NCBI GenBank assembly: GCA_039683615.1
Contig: JBDKRA010000029.1
Coordinates: 53,256 to 117,255, forward strand
DNA length: 64,000 nucleotides
Direction of reading: 5' to 3'
From: Phycisphaerae bacterium
Lineage (GTDB): Bacteria > Planctomycetota > Phycisphaerae > SM23-33
The translations under genes and the position numbers were made by a program. Position 1 is the stretch's first letter. The number at the start of each line of letters is the position of its first letter. Positions 10,589-19,905 of the stretch are shown in pieces. The notes beneath the pieces were generated by a model that worked only from the letters and a program-made list of their open reading frames with translations, was not told where the DNA came from and did no database searches.

Positions 10589-13500
10589 TTAACGGTTTAG
10601 AATCTGGCGGAGGTCGGCCTTGATCGCGTTGAACCCGGCGTATATGCCGCCGAAGGTCTTGTCGGCGGCCTCGAGGTTGCTGACATACACGCTCAGGTTT
10701 TCGATCTTGCCGCGATAGTCTGCCAGTTTCTTCTCGCGATCGGCGTTGCTCAGCGATGCCAGATCCGCCCTGCCGGGATCGGGGCGGAACGTCTCCAGCC
10801 AGCAGCGGCAGTAGGCCAGTTCCGATTCCCAGTACTGCCCGGCCTGGCGGGCCTTGTCGAATCCCTGGGTCAGGCGCTGGTAGATGGTCAGGGCCTTGTC
10901 GAACATCTTAAGCCCTTCATAGCTGCGCCCCATGCCCCAGAATGTCTTGGCGTCGAAGGCGATGCCCTCTTTCTCTTCGTCGGCCAGCCGGGCCATCAAC
11001 TGCTGATGCCCCCGCAGGCACATGTCGACCAGGCGGGCGACGTTCTGGGTGTCAGGCCTGGACTGCGAGGTCGAGTTTACTTTGCCCAGGGCCTTGCCCA
11101 ATTCGCCGGTGACATTCTTGAGATCTCGCGCGACGAACGAAGAACGTACGAACTCCGGCGGCAATTCATCCACGGTCTTCTTGAGCAGGTCGTATACTTG
11201 CGCCGGATTCTCGCGAACCTGGACCAGGCCCTGCTGGCGCGCATCGAACTTGGCGGCGATAGCGGCTTCCTTGGCCTTGCGATCGGCGTTCTGCGCAGCC
11301 GACACTTCTTCAAAGATCGTGCGCGCGTCGGCGAACCTGGCGGCCTGGATCAGCGCGTCGCCGTAGAGTTGCTTGCGATCCAGCAGCGTCTGCGCATCGG
11401 CATTGTCCTTGGTTTCGTACAACATCTTGGCGAACTTGGCATAGCCCTCGCGGTAGGCCTTCAGTCGCGCCTCGGTGGTAGGCCCGCGAGCGCCCTGGTC
11501 GAGCTGCTTGATTGTCTTCTGGATATTCGTGATGAGCAGGTCGATCAGCGGACCGCCGCGGTCGGGGTATGCTTTCAGGAACTCGTTGAGGGCTTCCAGC
11601 GCCGCCTCGATCTGGGCCGTCTCGATCAGCTTGCGGATGCGGAACTCCATGCTGGCTTCGATGATCGTCGTGCCAGGCCACTTCGTCGGCAACTTCTTGT
11701 CATCCTCAAGTGCCTTGGTCGTGTTGCCTAGATGATTGTATGTCAGCGTGATGACCAGATAATCCGCCCGCGCTCCCCACTCTCGCAGCATCTTCGCCAG
11801 AGTCCCGGCCGAGGGCTTGGACGCTTCCGCCGCAGCCTTCTCGCTGTACTGGCCCGCCTGGAAGACCAGGTCGCGCACTTGCTTGTCCGTCGGCGGAGTC
11901 GTGCTTTCCTTGAGCGCGTCGATATTTTCCGCTTCCAGATCCAATGCCCAGTACTGGGCCTCCATGTAGGCCGCGTGATCGGCTGGGGGAACTTTGCGGA
12001 ACGCCGCAGCCGCCCGAGCGCGAAGGGCAATCTTCTCGTTGAGCATTTCCGCCGTGTCCGGGGTGGCCTCGACCAGGCGCTGCAGTTCCACGCCCAACTC
12101 GAGGTAATGGGTCAGGACAATATTGGGATCCTGACCGCCGGCCGCAGCCGCCTTCTGGGCCGCCTGCACCCACTCGGGTTTTTCCAGCAGCGTCTCCAGC
12201 GCCTTGACATATTCGCGACGCAGGTCCGGACTGATGGAACGCTTCTTCTCCTGCAATTCCCCCACCAGTCCCGAATAGCAGATCACGCCGTTGAAGGCCG
12301 CCGACGGCGCCAAGCCATGGGCGGCGTTCTGTACGGCGATCTCGACATACGACCGCGCCGCCGCCAGCGTCTCATGCTTGACCAGGTCGATCTTCGCCAG
12401 ATACCACAGCGCCTGCGGACGCATCTGTTTGGCGGCCGCGTCGTCCTTGCGCGTCAACAGTTCCTTGAGAGCCTTTTCCGGACCGGCCAGCAGTTGCAGG
12501 CGGTGCGCCTCGGGAAGCTTGTCGTCGCCCCAGGAACGGTAGTTGCCCATGGCCAGCGCCATCAGCACGACGGGGTTGGCTTTCTTGAGCGTCTCGGGAT
12601 CGTCCAGCTTGATGTTGGAGGCATACTTGCGGACGATGACTTCGTACAGCACTTCCTGCACGTCGGTGCGGCCGCTGTACTTGTTGATGAATTGGACCAG
12701 GACGTCCAGCGCCTGGCGCCGGTACTCGGCGGACTTGGCCGCGTCGCCGCCCTTGGCCGCCGCGGCATCCCAGATGTAGCTGCGCAGGATCACGGCGCTG
12801 ACATCCTGCTGCACCTCGATCGCCGCGGCATCTTCGACCCTGGCATTTTGCCGAGCCAGAATGACGGACTTCTTGAAGAAGTCGTCGACGGCCGTCATCG
12901 CATCAGTGTACTTGCCGCCTTGAGCCAGCACGCGCGGGATTTCAAACAACGCCTGGATGCGCGGGGCGGCCGGCGCATCGTTGTCGTCCACCTGCCGCAG
13001 GAGCTTGATCGCCCGGTCGGTCTGGCCCAGGGCGCCGGCGGCCGTGCCTTCCACCAGCAGACCCCGGTACATGTCGATGCCGCTCTTGGCGCACTGGCTG
13101 CCGGCCGCCTGGGCCTTGGTGAGGTAGAGGGCCCGCTCGGGGCTGTTCTCGGGCAGGGCCAGGCCCCGGTAGAGCAATATCCACATCCCCATGCGCAGCA
13201 CTTCGTTGCGGAGTTCCTCGATCTTGCCTTTTTCCAGGTTGTCTTCAAGAGTGGTGCAGTTGTTGATCATGTCCCGCAGTTGATCCTGCAGGTCGACGAT
13301 CAGGGGGGCGGCATTGCGCGTCAGGACCACGATCATGCGGCGGTCTTCATCGGTGCCCCGCAGGAAGATCATGTTCAGGCCGTAGGGCGTCTGCACGCGG
13401 TTCAACCCGCTGATCATGGCTAACTTGAACTGCTCCGAACAGTAGGTCATCTGCGACTTGAGATTGTTGGGCTTGGCGGCGGTCTTGGCGGCCTCGACCA

Positions 13501-13867
13501 CCCGAAGCTGCCGCACGACCGCGTCATTGAGCCACGCCAGCCGCTGGTCCTGGCTGAAGGGCTGGTCCATGTCGGTGGCCTTGGCGACCAGCGAACTGAT
13601 GGCGATGACGTCCTGGGCGACGCCGCCCTGCTTGGCCAGCAGCGACTGCTGGTATTCGACGATTTCCCACATCCCCATGTCCTGCATCAGGCGGTGCAGG
13701 CCAACGAGGTCGATGCCCTGCATCGCGCCGGCTTCGGGCGCCGCCGACGAGTTGCCGCCGGCGCCTTCGTCCTGGGCCAAGGCCCCCCCCGTCGCCAGCG
13801 CTGCGGCCAGCACACTCACTGCCACGCGTGATTTCCAACCGCCCTTAGGCATGGTCGATATCCTCAT
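10589..13867 (-). CDS. Large secreted TPR/helical-repeat protein (1092 aa)
   Basis: Signal peptide AVSVLAAALATGGALAQ. Long helical repeat-rich sequence. No catalytic motif. Ends 15 nt after the first ExbD gene. Confidence 0.7.
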   Translation of the reverse strand: MRISTMPKGGWKSRVAVSVLAAALATGGALAQDEGAGGNSSAAPEAGAMQGIDLVGLHRLMQDMGMWEIVEYQQSLLAKQGGVAQDVIAISSLVAKATDMDQPFSQDQRLAWLNDAVVRQLRVVEAAKTAAKPNNLKSQMTYCSEQFKLAMISGLNRVQTPYGLNMIFLRGTDEDRRMIVVLTRNAAPLIVDLQDQLRDMINNCTTLEDNLEKGKIEELRNEVLRMGMWILLYRGLALPENSPERALYLTKAQAAGSQCAKSGIDMYRGLLVEGTAAGALGQTDRAIKLLRQVDDNDAPAAPRIQALFEIPRVLAQGGKYTDAMTAVDDFFKKSVILARQNARVEDAAAIEVQQDVSAVILRSYIWDAAAAKGGDAAKSAEYRRQALDVLVQFINKYSGRTDVQEVLYEVIVRKYASNIKLDDPETLKKANPVVLMALAMGNYRSWGDDKLPEAHRLQLLAGPEKALKELLTRKDDAAAKQMRPQALWYLAKIDLVKHETLAAARSYVEIAVQNAAHGLAPSAAFNGVICYSGLVGELQEKKRSISPDLRREYVKALETLLEKPEWVQAAQKAAAAGGQDPNIVLTHYLELGVELQRLVEATPDTAEMLNEKIALRARAAAAFRKVPPADHAAYMEAQYWALDLEAENIDALKESTTPPTDKQVRDLVFQAGQYSEKAAAEASKPSAGTLAKMLREWGARADYLVITLTYNHLGNTTKALEDDKKLPTKWPGTTIIEASMEFRIRKLIETAQIEAALEALNEFLKAYPDRGGPLIDLLITNIQKTIKQLDQGARGPTTEARLKAYREGYAKFAKMLYETKDNADAQTLLDRKQLYGDALIQAARFADARTIFEEVSAAQNADRKAKEAAIAAKFDARQQGLVQVRENPAQVYDLLKKTVDELPPEFVRSSFVARDLKNVTGELGKALGKVNSTSQSRPDTQNVARLVDMCLRGHQQLMARLADEEKEGIAFDAKTFWGMGRSYEGLKMFDKALTIYQRLTQGFDKARQAGQYWESELAYCRCWLETFRPDPGRADLASLSNADREKKLADYRGKIENLSVYVSNLEAADKTFGGIYAGFNAIKADLRQILNR

Positions 13868-13882
13868 CGTGAAATAACTCCA

Positions 13883-14284
13883 TCAAACGCCCGCAAGCAA
13901 AATCACGTCCGGCACCTTGGCTCGATGGACGGCGTTGACGGCCTCAACGACGTGATCCCACGCCACGTCGCCGTCGGTGCGCACCCGGATTTCCAGCCGA
14001 AGGCCCGCAACCTTCTGTCGTACGATTTCCTGATAGAGGTCCTGGGCGTCGCTGGCCCAGAACGTGGTGCCGTCGATACGATATACCGCTGCATCACCCT
14101 GGGCCCCCACCCGCAGCGTCAACTGCCGCACCATATCCAAACCGCCGCCTCCGCCGGGCAGGGCGGCCGGAATCAGCCCTTCCGTGGGGCGCATCTGAAA
14201 CCCGATCAGGAAGAAGATCAGGAGCTGGAAGGTCACGTCGATCATCGGCGTCAGGCTCAAAGCGGATGTTCGCGGACTTTTCAT
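13883..14284 (-). CDS. exbD: Biopolymer transport protein ExbD/TolR family (paralog 1)
   Basis: LTPMIDVTFQLLIFFLIGFQ TM helix typical of ExbD/TolR. Start placed at MKSP. Confidence 0.8.
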   Translation of the reverse strand: MKSPRTSALSLTPMIDVTFQLLIFFLIGFQMRPTEGLIPAALPGGGGGLDMVRQLTLRVGAQGDAAVYRIDGTTFWASDAQDLYQEIVRQKVAGLRLEIRVRTDGDVAWDHVVEAVNAVHRAKVPDVILLAGV

Positions 14285-14306
14285 ATCCGTCTCCCCGAAA
14301 CGGCGG

Positions 14307-14810
14307 TCAACTGCTGCCGCTTGGCGCAAAGGCCACATTCTTGAGCCCCGCACGCACGGCGGCGTTGAAGGCCTCGACGACAAACTCCCATTGCACGTCC
14401 CCTTCGGCGCGGATCACGACGGGAACCTTATCGGAACCCTGGCTGCTTCTCTGCGCTTCCAGATGACGTTTCAATTCTTCAGAATCAGTGGTCTCGATCA
14501 GCGTCTGTTCGATCTGGTAGACGGCCTGATCTTTCTCCTCGCCCTGCGGGCGGACGCGGACGAAGACCGTCTTGAAGATATTCTGTTGGTCGACGCTGCC
14601 GATGCCTTCGGCAGGCAGCGAGGAGGGGATCAGCCCTTCCGTCTCGCGCATCTGAAAGCCGATCAGGAAGAAGATGATGAGCTGAAAGGTCACGTCGATC
14701 ATCGGCGTCATCGGCGGTTGCATGGCGCCGGAGGGCGGCTTGCGCTTCTTGCGGGGCGGAATATAATGGACGGCTTCTTCGCCCTGAATCTTTTTTACCG
14801 ATTTGGCCAT
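14307..14810 (-). CDS. exbD: Biopolymer transport protein ExbD/TolR family (paralog 2)
   Basis: MTPMIDVTFQLIIFFLIGFQ; basic cytoplasmic N-terminus. Confidence 0.85.
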   Translation of the reverse strand: MAKSVKKIQGEEAVHYIPPRKKRKPPSGAMQPPMTPMIDVTFQLIIFFLIGFQMRETEGLIPSSLPAEGIGSVDQQNIFKTVFVRVRPQGEEKDQAVYQIEQTLIETTDSEELKRHLEAQRSSQGSDKVPVVIRAEGDVQWEFVVEAFNAAVRAGLKNVAFAPSGSS

Positions 14811-14813
14811 GGG

Positions 14814-15368
14814 TTATTCGCTTCCCCTCTTAGGCAAGGCCGTGATGTTCATCTTGGGGATCCTGGCCCCCAGTCCGGCCATGATCACCGGCTCGACGTC
14901 GGACCATCGCGTGCGCTTATCGGCGCGGACAACCATGGTGAAGTCTTTTTCGGGCTTGTCGGCCGCCCGCGCGGCATTCTTGCGATCTTCCAGCATGGGC
15001 ACCATCATGGCGACGGCGTTGTCCGGCTTGATCTCTTGCTTGCGCAGGTTGCTCTGGCGTGAAGGCATGCGGATCATATAGTATTCCACGCGCCCTCGCA
15101 GATAGCTGGGGACCGCCTGTCCTTTGTACTTCATGGCCGAGTCTTCGGAGACCACGTTGACGATGACGTGGTTTCCGGCCTTGTTGACCGCCTGGTCATT
15201 CAGGGCTTGGCTGACCTTCGGGCGCGACAGGGCGATCCGCAAGTCCAGTTCGTCCGACGCGCTCTGGCCGGAGAGCATGAAGAAAATGATCAACTGGAAC
15301 GTGACGTCGATCATCGGCGTCATGTTCATGTCGGCCTTGCTGTCGGCAAATATGTTTTTCTTGGCCAT
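14814..15368 (-). CDS. exbD: Biopolymer transport protein ExbD/TolR family (paralog 3)
   Basis: MTPMIDVTFQLIIFFMLSG; 3-nt gap to paralog 2. Confidence 0.85.
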   Translation of the reverse strand: MAKKNIFADSKADMNMTPMIDVTFQLIIFFMLSGQSASDELDLRIALSRPKVSQALNDQAVNKAGNHVIVNVVSEDSAMKYKGQAVPSYLRGRVEYYMIRMPSRQSNLRKQEIKPDNAVAMMVPMLEDRKNAARAADKPEKDFTMVVRADKRTRWSDVEPVIMAGLGARIPKMNITALPKRGSE

Positions 15369-15396
15369 AGCAGTTTCTCCCCGGCCGCCGACCGCT

Positions 15397-16038
15397 CTAG
15401 CTGCGCCCGGCGGGACGGAACGTCGCGATCAATTCCTGGCACGTGGTCATCGCCTCGCTGGTCAGCGAGTCGATGCGGTTGCGCAGGAAGGTAAAGCACG
15501 ACAGCACGGGAATGGCGATCATCAGCCCTTCCAGCGTCGTCACCAGGGCCAGACCGATGGGCTTGGCGATGGCCGAAGCCTCGACGGTGCCCATGCGCAC
15601 GATATCAAAGAAGGCCATGATCATGCCTTGCACCGTCCCCAGCAGCCCCAGCATCGGACCGACGTTTCCGATCAGGTTGAGCCACTCGATGGTTCGCAGC
15701 AGCTTGGTGGTGCGCTCCTCGGCGGCCTCTTCCATGGCGCGCTCCATGGCGGGGTATCCGTGGGCGGCCTCGTTGAGCGCCGCATGCATGACGTAGCCCA
15801 TGAAGCTGGGCTCATTTTCCGTCAGGTCGATCACGGCGCGATACTGGCGCTCTTCAAACATCTGCTGGATCTGCTCGCGCAGGGCCGGGGGCATGATGTT
15901 CATGCGACGCACCATCATGATGTATTGCACCATCAGCGCCACGGCCAGGACGCTCAGAAGCCAGAGCACCCAGCCGACGAAACCGCAGTCGAGAAACAAA
16001 GCCGAAAACCATGTCATTTGCTGTTGTTGTGCGAGCAT
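15397..16038 (-). CDS. exbB: MotA/TolQ/ExbB proton-channel family protein
   Basis: Three TM helices and the PMLGLLGTVQGM...GLALVTTLEGLMIAIPVL signature of ExbB/TolQ. Confidence 0.88.
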   Translation of the reverse strand: MLAQQQQMTWFSALFLDCGFVGWVLWLLSVLAVALMVQYIMMVRRMNIMPPALREQIQQMFEERQYRAVIDLTENEPSFMGYVMHAALNEAAHGYPAMERAMEEAAEERTTKLLRTIEWLNLIGNVGPMLGLLGTVQGMIMAFFDIVRMGTVEASAIAKPIGLALVTTLEGLMIAIPVLSCFTFLRNRIDSLTSEAMTTCQELIATFRPAGRS

Positions 16039-16102
16039 GCGCCAATCTCCGTAAAAGTTCCTGCTGGGGACGCTACGGCTCGGCCGCGCGTCGCTGGGTG
16101 TC

Positions 16103-17173
16103 TTACTTAAGCCGGGTCAAAGCCTGGCGGGCCGCCGTGGACGTCACCGTCCGAGGGTAATCGTTGAGGATCTTCTGGTAACACTTCTTCGCCGCGGCGG
16201 TATTGGGGGTCTTGAACGATTCATTGGCCTGGCCGGCCAGGTACAGCGCGCGGGCCTTGTCATCCTCGCCGGCGCCGCCGAGCATCAGCACGCGCATGGC
16301 GTTGAGCCCCGCCTGGCAAAGCAGGGTCTGCTGCTGGGCGCCGGCCGCTGCCTGTCCCAGCGTCAACTGCGCCTGCCCCATCGCCAGCAGGGCCCGGACC
16401 AGTTCGGTCTGGTTGAACTGCTCCATCAGCGGCTGCAGCGCCGCGACCGCCTTGTCGGGCTGCTGGCTCTTGAGGAACTGCTCGGCGGCCTCGATCTTGC
16501 TGACAAACGCCACGCGCCCCCCGTCGGCGGTGTTGGTGTCGGGCTGAGCGGCGCGGCTGATTTTTTCGGCCAGCGTGGCGGCCTCGGCGTCGCGCCCCTG
16601 AATCTGCAGGAGTTTCATGCGATACGGATCGACCGCGCTGCGATACGCGGGGCTGGTCTGCGAGTCCTTGCCCGCCAGCAACTCGATGGCTCGATCGGCC
16701 GCGTCGCTCTTTTCCTTGGGAAGGGGCGGGCGCAGGGCAATGGTCTCCTTCGAGGCGCTGTTGGCGTCCATCAGCGACAGCCACGCCGCCACGGCCCGGT
16801 CGATCTGGCCCGCTCGCACGGCCGCAGAGAGCATGCGGTGGGAAATCAGCGGTTTCAGCCAGGCTTTATCTTCGGGGGCGGGCTTCTTGAGCAACTGCTC
16901 GTACGCGGACAGGGCCTGATCGTACTGCCGCTCTTTCACGAGCTTTTCGGCCGCATCCAGGTCAGGAACGCCGCTGATGGAGATTTCCTTCAGATCGGCG
17001 ATCGAGCCGATGATCTGCTTCATGGTCGGCAGGCGGAAGTAGATGATGCAGTCTTTGACGTCGGTGACGACGATGCCTTCGCCATAGGGCAGTTTGAGCG
17101 TGATCGAGTCGGCCCGCGCAGCGACGCCGCTCATCAAGATCGCGCCGGCAACAATGGCTGCTATGTGTTTCAT
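16103..17173 (-). CDS. Secreted TPR-repeat protein
   Basis: Signal peptide AIVAGAILMSGVAARA. TPR-like helical repeats. 3-nt gap to the upstream VWA gene. Confidence 0.7.
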   Translation of the reverse strand: MKHIAAIVAGAILMSGVAARADSITLKLPYGEGIVVTDVKDCIIYFRLPTMKQIIGSIADLKEISISGVPDLDAAEKLVKERQYDQALSAYEQLLKKPAPEDKAWLKPLISHRMLSAAVRAGQIDRAVAAWLSLMDANSASKETIALRPPLPKEKSDAADRAIELLAGKDSQTSPAYRSAVDPYRMKLLQIQGRDAEAATLAEKISRAAQPDTNTADGGRVAFVSKIEAAEQFLKSQQPDKAVAALQPLMEQFNQTELVRALLAMGQAQLTLGQAAAGAQQQTLLCQAGLNAMRVLMLGGAGEDDKARALYLAGQANESFKTPNTAAAKKCYQKILNDYPRTVTSTAARQALTRLK

Positions 17174-17176
17174 GGC

Positions 17177-18325
17177 TTACTCTTGGCCGGAAATAAACTT
17201 ATATTTGCCGCCATTTTCCTTGGCGATGGTCTGCAGCACTTCGACAGCCACGGGCGGCTTGTTGCCGTAGAGGAACGTGTTGACGTGCACGTCCCGGCGG
17301 ATGTTCAGCGCCCGGATGGTCGCCAAGGCCTTCTCGTTGTCTGGGAAGACGCCGTCGGTCAACAGAAACAACAACTTGCCTTCCAGCTTCGGATTGGCCG
17401 CGGCCAGCACCGCAAAGGCCCGCTTCAGCGCTGGGATCGGGTCGGTCTGGGCCTGGGCCTGCACTTCCTTGAGGAACTTGACGGCCTCGAGCTTGGACGC
17501 TTCGGTCGCCGAGACGAGTTTCTTGGAGGGCGGTTCCAGCGGCGCGCCTTCGGCGAAAAGGATGATGTGGAAGTCCTGGCTGGACTGGAGACGCCCCATC
17601 GATGCGGCGCACTCTCGCTTGACCAGGTCAAAGCTGTCGCTCATGGAGCCCGAGCGGTCGATGACGTACACGATATGGTGGGCATTGCCGCCGCTGCCGA
17701 ACAGCCCCGCGCCGGGCGCCCCGGCGCCGCCGGCCAGGCCCGCCACCGGGCTGCCGCTACCGGCGCTGCCGCCCTGGGCGTACACGGCAATCTGCTTGTT
17801 GGTGCGGCTGGCGTCGGTGATCAGGGCCGACTCTTTCTTGGAGTAGTTCGGCGAGGCGGCCTTGGGACGGTTGCTCATGGCCTTGGCGGTCTGCTCGCGA
17901 GTGCTGAAGCTGCCGCCGGGGTTTTCGCTCAGCGTGGCCGAGGGGACCAGCACCTTCTTGGGATCGATGGGCGGATTGATCACCATCACCACCAGGAAGA
18001 ACATGATCAGCGCCAGCGCCGCGTGCAGGAACAGGCTGACGACCCAGGGCATCGAGCGGGCCATGACGATCATCATGGCTTCATCGCGATGGCTGCCCTC
18101 TTCTTCCAGAGGCTCTTGGTCTTCCGGGGCCGGCGGAGGCGTCTGAGAAGACGTCGCCACGACGCCGCGTTCGGCGTTGGGCGGCACGTGCGGGCGAGGC
18201 AGAGCGGCCAGTCCCGCCGGAACCACCGTCATCTTTTGACAATGGGGACAGCGGGCCGACTTGCCGATCTCGCCTTCAAGCCGCACCATCTGTCCGCAAT
18301 GTTCGCACCGGAAGTCCGCAGCCAT
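17177..18325 (-). CDS. Zinc-ribbon / single-TM / Pro-rich linker / von Willebrand factor A domain protein
   Basis: N-terminal CxxC...CxxC (CEHCG...CPHCQ), TM helix VVSLFLHAALALIMFFLVVMV, then a VWA domain (VYVIDRSGSMSDSFD... LLFLLTDGVFPDNE). Confidence 0.8.
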   Translation of the reverse strand: MAADFRCEHCGQMVRLEGEIGKSARCPHCQKMTVVPAGLAALPRPHVPPNAERGVVATSSQTPPPAPEDQEPLEEEGSHRDEAMMIVMARSMPWVVSLFLHAALALIMFFLVVMVINPPIDPKKVLVPSATLSENPGGSFSTREQTAKAMSNRPKAASPNYSKKESALITDASRTNKQIAVYAQGGSAGSGSPVAGLAGGAGAPGAGLFGSGGNAHHIVYVIDRSGSMSDSFDLVKRECAASMGRLQSSQDFHIILFAEGAPLEPPSKKLVSATEASKLEAVKFLKEVQAQAQTDPIPALKRAFAVLAAANPKLEGKLLFLLTDGVFPDNEKALATIRALNIRRDVHVNTFLYGNKPPVAVEVLQTIAKENGGKYKFISGQE

Positions 18326-18393
18326 GTCAATCTCCCTGCAACAAACGACCCTATTCTAGCGGATGTTTCGCCGCTAATGCAACCGGCTTATTC

Positions 18394-19491
18394 TCATTCC
18401 GCTTTCACGTTAAAGAAGCCACCATGGTTTTCGGCCGCTATCGTCTTGAGCGTGCTTTCGGCCACGCCCGAGCGGCCGCCGTAGAGGTAAGTGTTGACCT
18501 GCACGAACCGCTGGGGATTCAACGCCCGCACGAGACCCAGGGCCTTGGCACTATCGGGAAACTCCCCGTCGGTGAGCAGGTGCACCAACTGCCGTCGCGT
18601 GGGACCGCGGGAGGCCTTGAGAACCGCAAAGGCCCGCTTCAGCGCCGGCTGCGGGTCGGTCTGGCCCGTGGGCTTAACCTGGAACAGGAACCGCGCCAAG
18701 GCCAGGCGGACCTCATCCGTCGGGGCCGCCAGGTTCGGGCGAAACTCGATAGGCACGCCGCTGTCAAACAACACCACCGCGAAGCGCTGACGGGGGCTCA
18801 GACGCGCGACCTCGCGATTGATCTGGTCGCAGAGATAGCTGAACGTGTCGGACATCGACCCGCTGCGGTCGATCACAAAAACGGTGTCGTCCGGAGGCAA
18901 CCCGTCAGGCACGCGAGGGCCGCCGCCGGGTTTGTCTGCCGTGCCTATGCGGAATATCGCGCCGTCGCCCGGTGTGGGCCGCCCGCTCTGGATCAGCCCC
19001 GGGGCAAGAATGCGGACATCGGGTTTGAGCTTGTCCGGCCGGCCCGGATCCACAAGCTCAGGCTTCTTCCAGACCCGGTCGGAGGGGGCGTCAAGCCGGG
19101 TCGATTCACGACCCGTGTCGGTCAGCTTCACCAGGTCACGGAAACGTATCGACGGTGCACTGTTGTAACCACTCTGCACCTGCGCCGGCGGCTCGGGCTT
19201 CTGCGTCACCATGACGACCACCAGCATCAGGACCAGGCCCAGCGACAGGTGCAGCAGTCCGCTCACCAGCCACGGGAACATCCGCGCAAGCAATCCGTCA
19301 GCCGCGGCGCAGCGCTGCAACTCGCGCTGCTCCTGCTCTTGCGGCGGGGCATCGGGAATCACAGTCACGGGCATGGCCGCGATGGCCTGGGGAACGTAAA
19401 CGTCGCGCCCGCATGCGCACCGCCCGCGCCGGGACCTCGAACCGATCAGCATCTTCCGCCCGCACCGGTCACACTGAACTGGAATCTTCAT
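18394..19491 (-). CDS. Zinc-ribbon / single-TM / VWA domain protein (paralog)
   Basis: CDRCG...CACG zinc ribbon, TM helix WLVSGLLHLSLGLVLMLVVVMV, VWA domain (VFVIDRSGSMSDTF... LVHLLTDGEFPDS). Start set at MKIP. Confidence 0.8.
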   Translation of the reverse strand: MKIPVQCDRCGRKMLIGSRSRRGRCACGRDVYVPQAIAAMPVTVIPDAPPQEQEQRELQRCAAADGLLARMFPWLVSGLLHLSLGLVLMLVVVMVTQKPEPPAQVQSGYNSAPSIRFRDLVKLTDTGRESTRLDAPSDRVWKKPELVDPGRPDKLKPDVRILAPGLIQSGRPTPGDGAIFRIGTADKPGGGPRVPDGLPPDDTVFVIDRSGSMSDTFSYLCDQINREVARLSPRQRFAVVLFDSGVPIEFRPNLAAPTDEVRLALARFLFQVKPTGQTDPQPALKRAFAVLKASRGPTRRQLVHLLTDGEFPDSAKALGLVRALNPQRFVQVNTYLYGGRSGVAESTLKTIAAENHGGFFNVKAE

Positions 19492-19708
19492 GGCAGTACT
19501 CCCCAACAGCAGGTTCTCTCCGATCCTCAAGGCCGGGCCACTGCCGCTTGCGGGTTGGCAGGTTCTCTGCTTGCCGAACAACTGCCAGGCCGCAAGCGGC
19601 AGAGGGAACAGCCGGATTCTTCAGGCATGTCGGCCCCGGGCATTTTTCGCTATGGCCCGGCGGCCGCGTGTTCGTATGATTAGACGCAGTAGTTGCAGAA
19701 AAGTTCCC

Positions 19709-19790
19709 GCGAGGGTGGCGGAATTGGCAGACGCGCCAGGTTTAGGTCCTGGTCCCGAAAGGGATGTGGGTTCGAGTCCCTCCCCTCGCA
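19709..19790 (+). tRNA. tRNA-Leu (TAG)
   Basis: Acceptor GCGAGGG/CCCTCGC, long variable arm, anticodon loop TTTAGGT, T-loop GGTTCGAGTCC. 82 nt. Confidence 0.85.
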
Positions 19791-19797
19791 ATGGCAG

Positions 19798-19905
19798 TAA
19801 TCGGTAGCCCGTAGCCAGTGGCGGGCAGAAACAAGACTCTGTCGAGAAGGTCTTTCCTGGCTACTGGCGACTGGCTACCGGCTCACTAGCTACGGTTCCT
19901 ACCGG
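19798..19905. repeat. Long imperfect palindromic GTAGCC-rich repeat element, copy 2
   Basis: AATCGGTAGCCCGTAGCCAGTGG ... CCTGGCTACTGGC...GGCTACCGG. Related to 2113-2226. Its right arm encodes the last ~15 codons of the GT2 gene (…VASEPVASRQ). Confidence 0.6.

Noticed and set aside
11732-13423. 563-aa plus-strand ORF inside the giant TPR gene
   Set aside because: Antisense high-GC artefact. The minus-strand product has a signal peptide and coherent helical repeats.
16838-19683. 548-aa and 419-aa plus-strand ORFs over the TPR/VWA genes
   Set aside because: Antisense to genes with clear Zn-ribbon/TM/VWA architecture. R/G/H-rich low-complexity translations.
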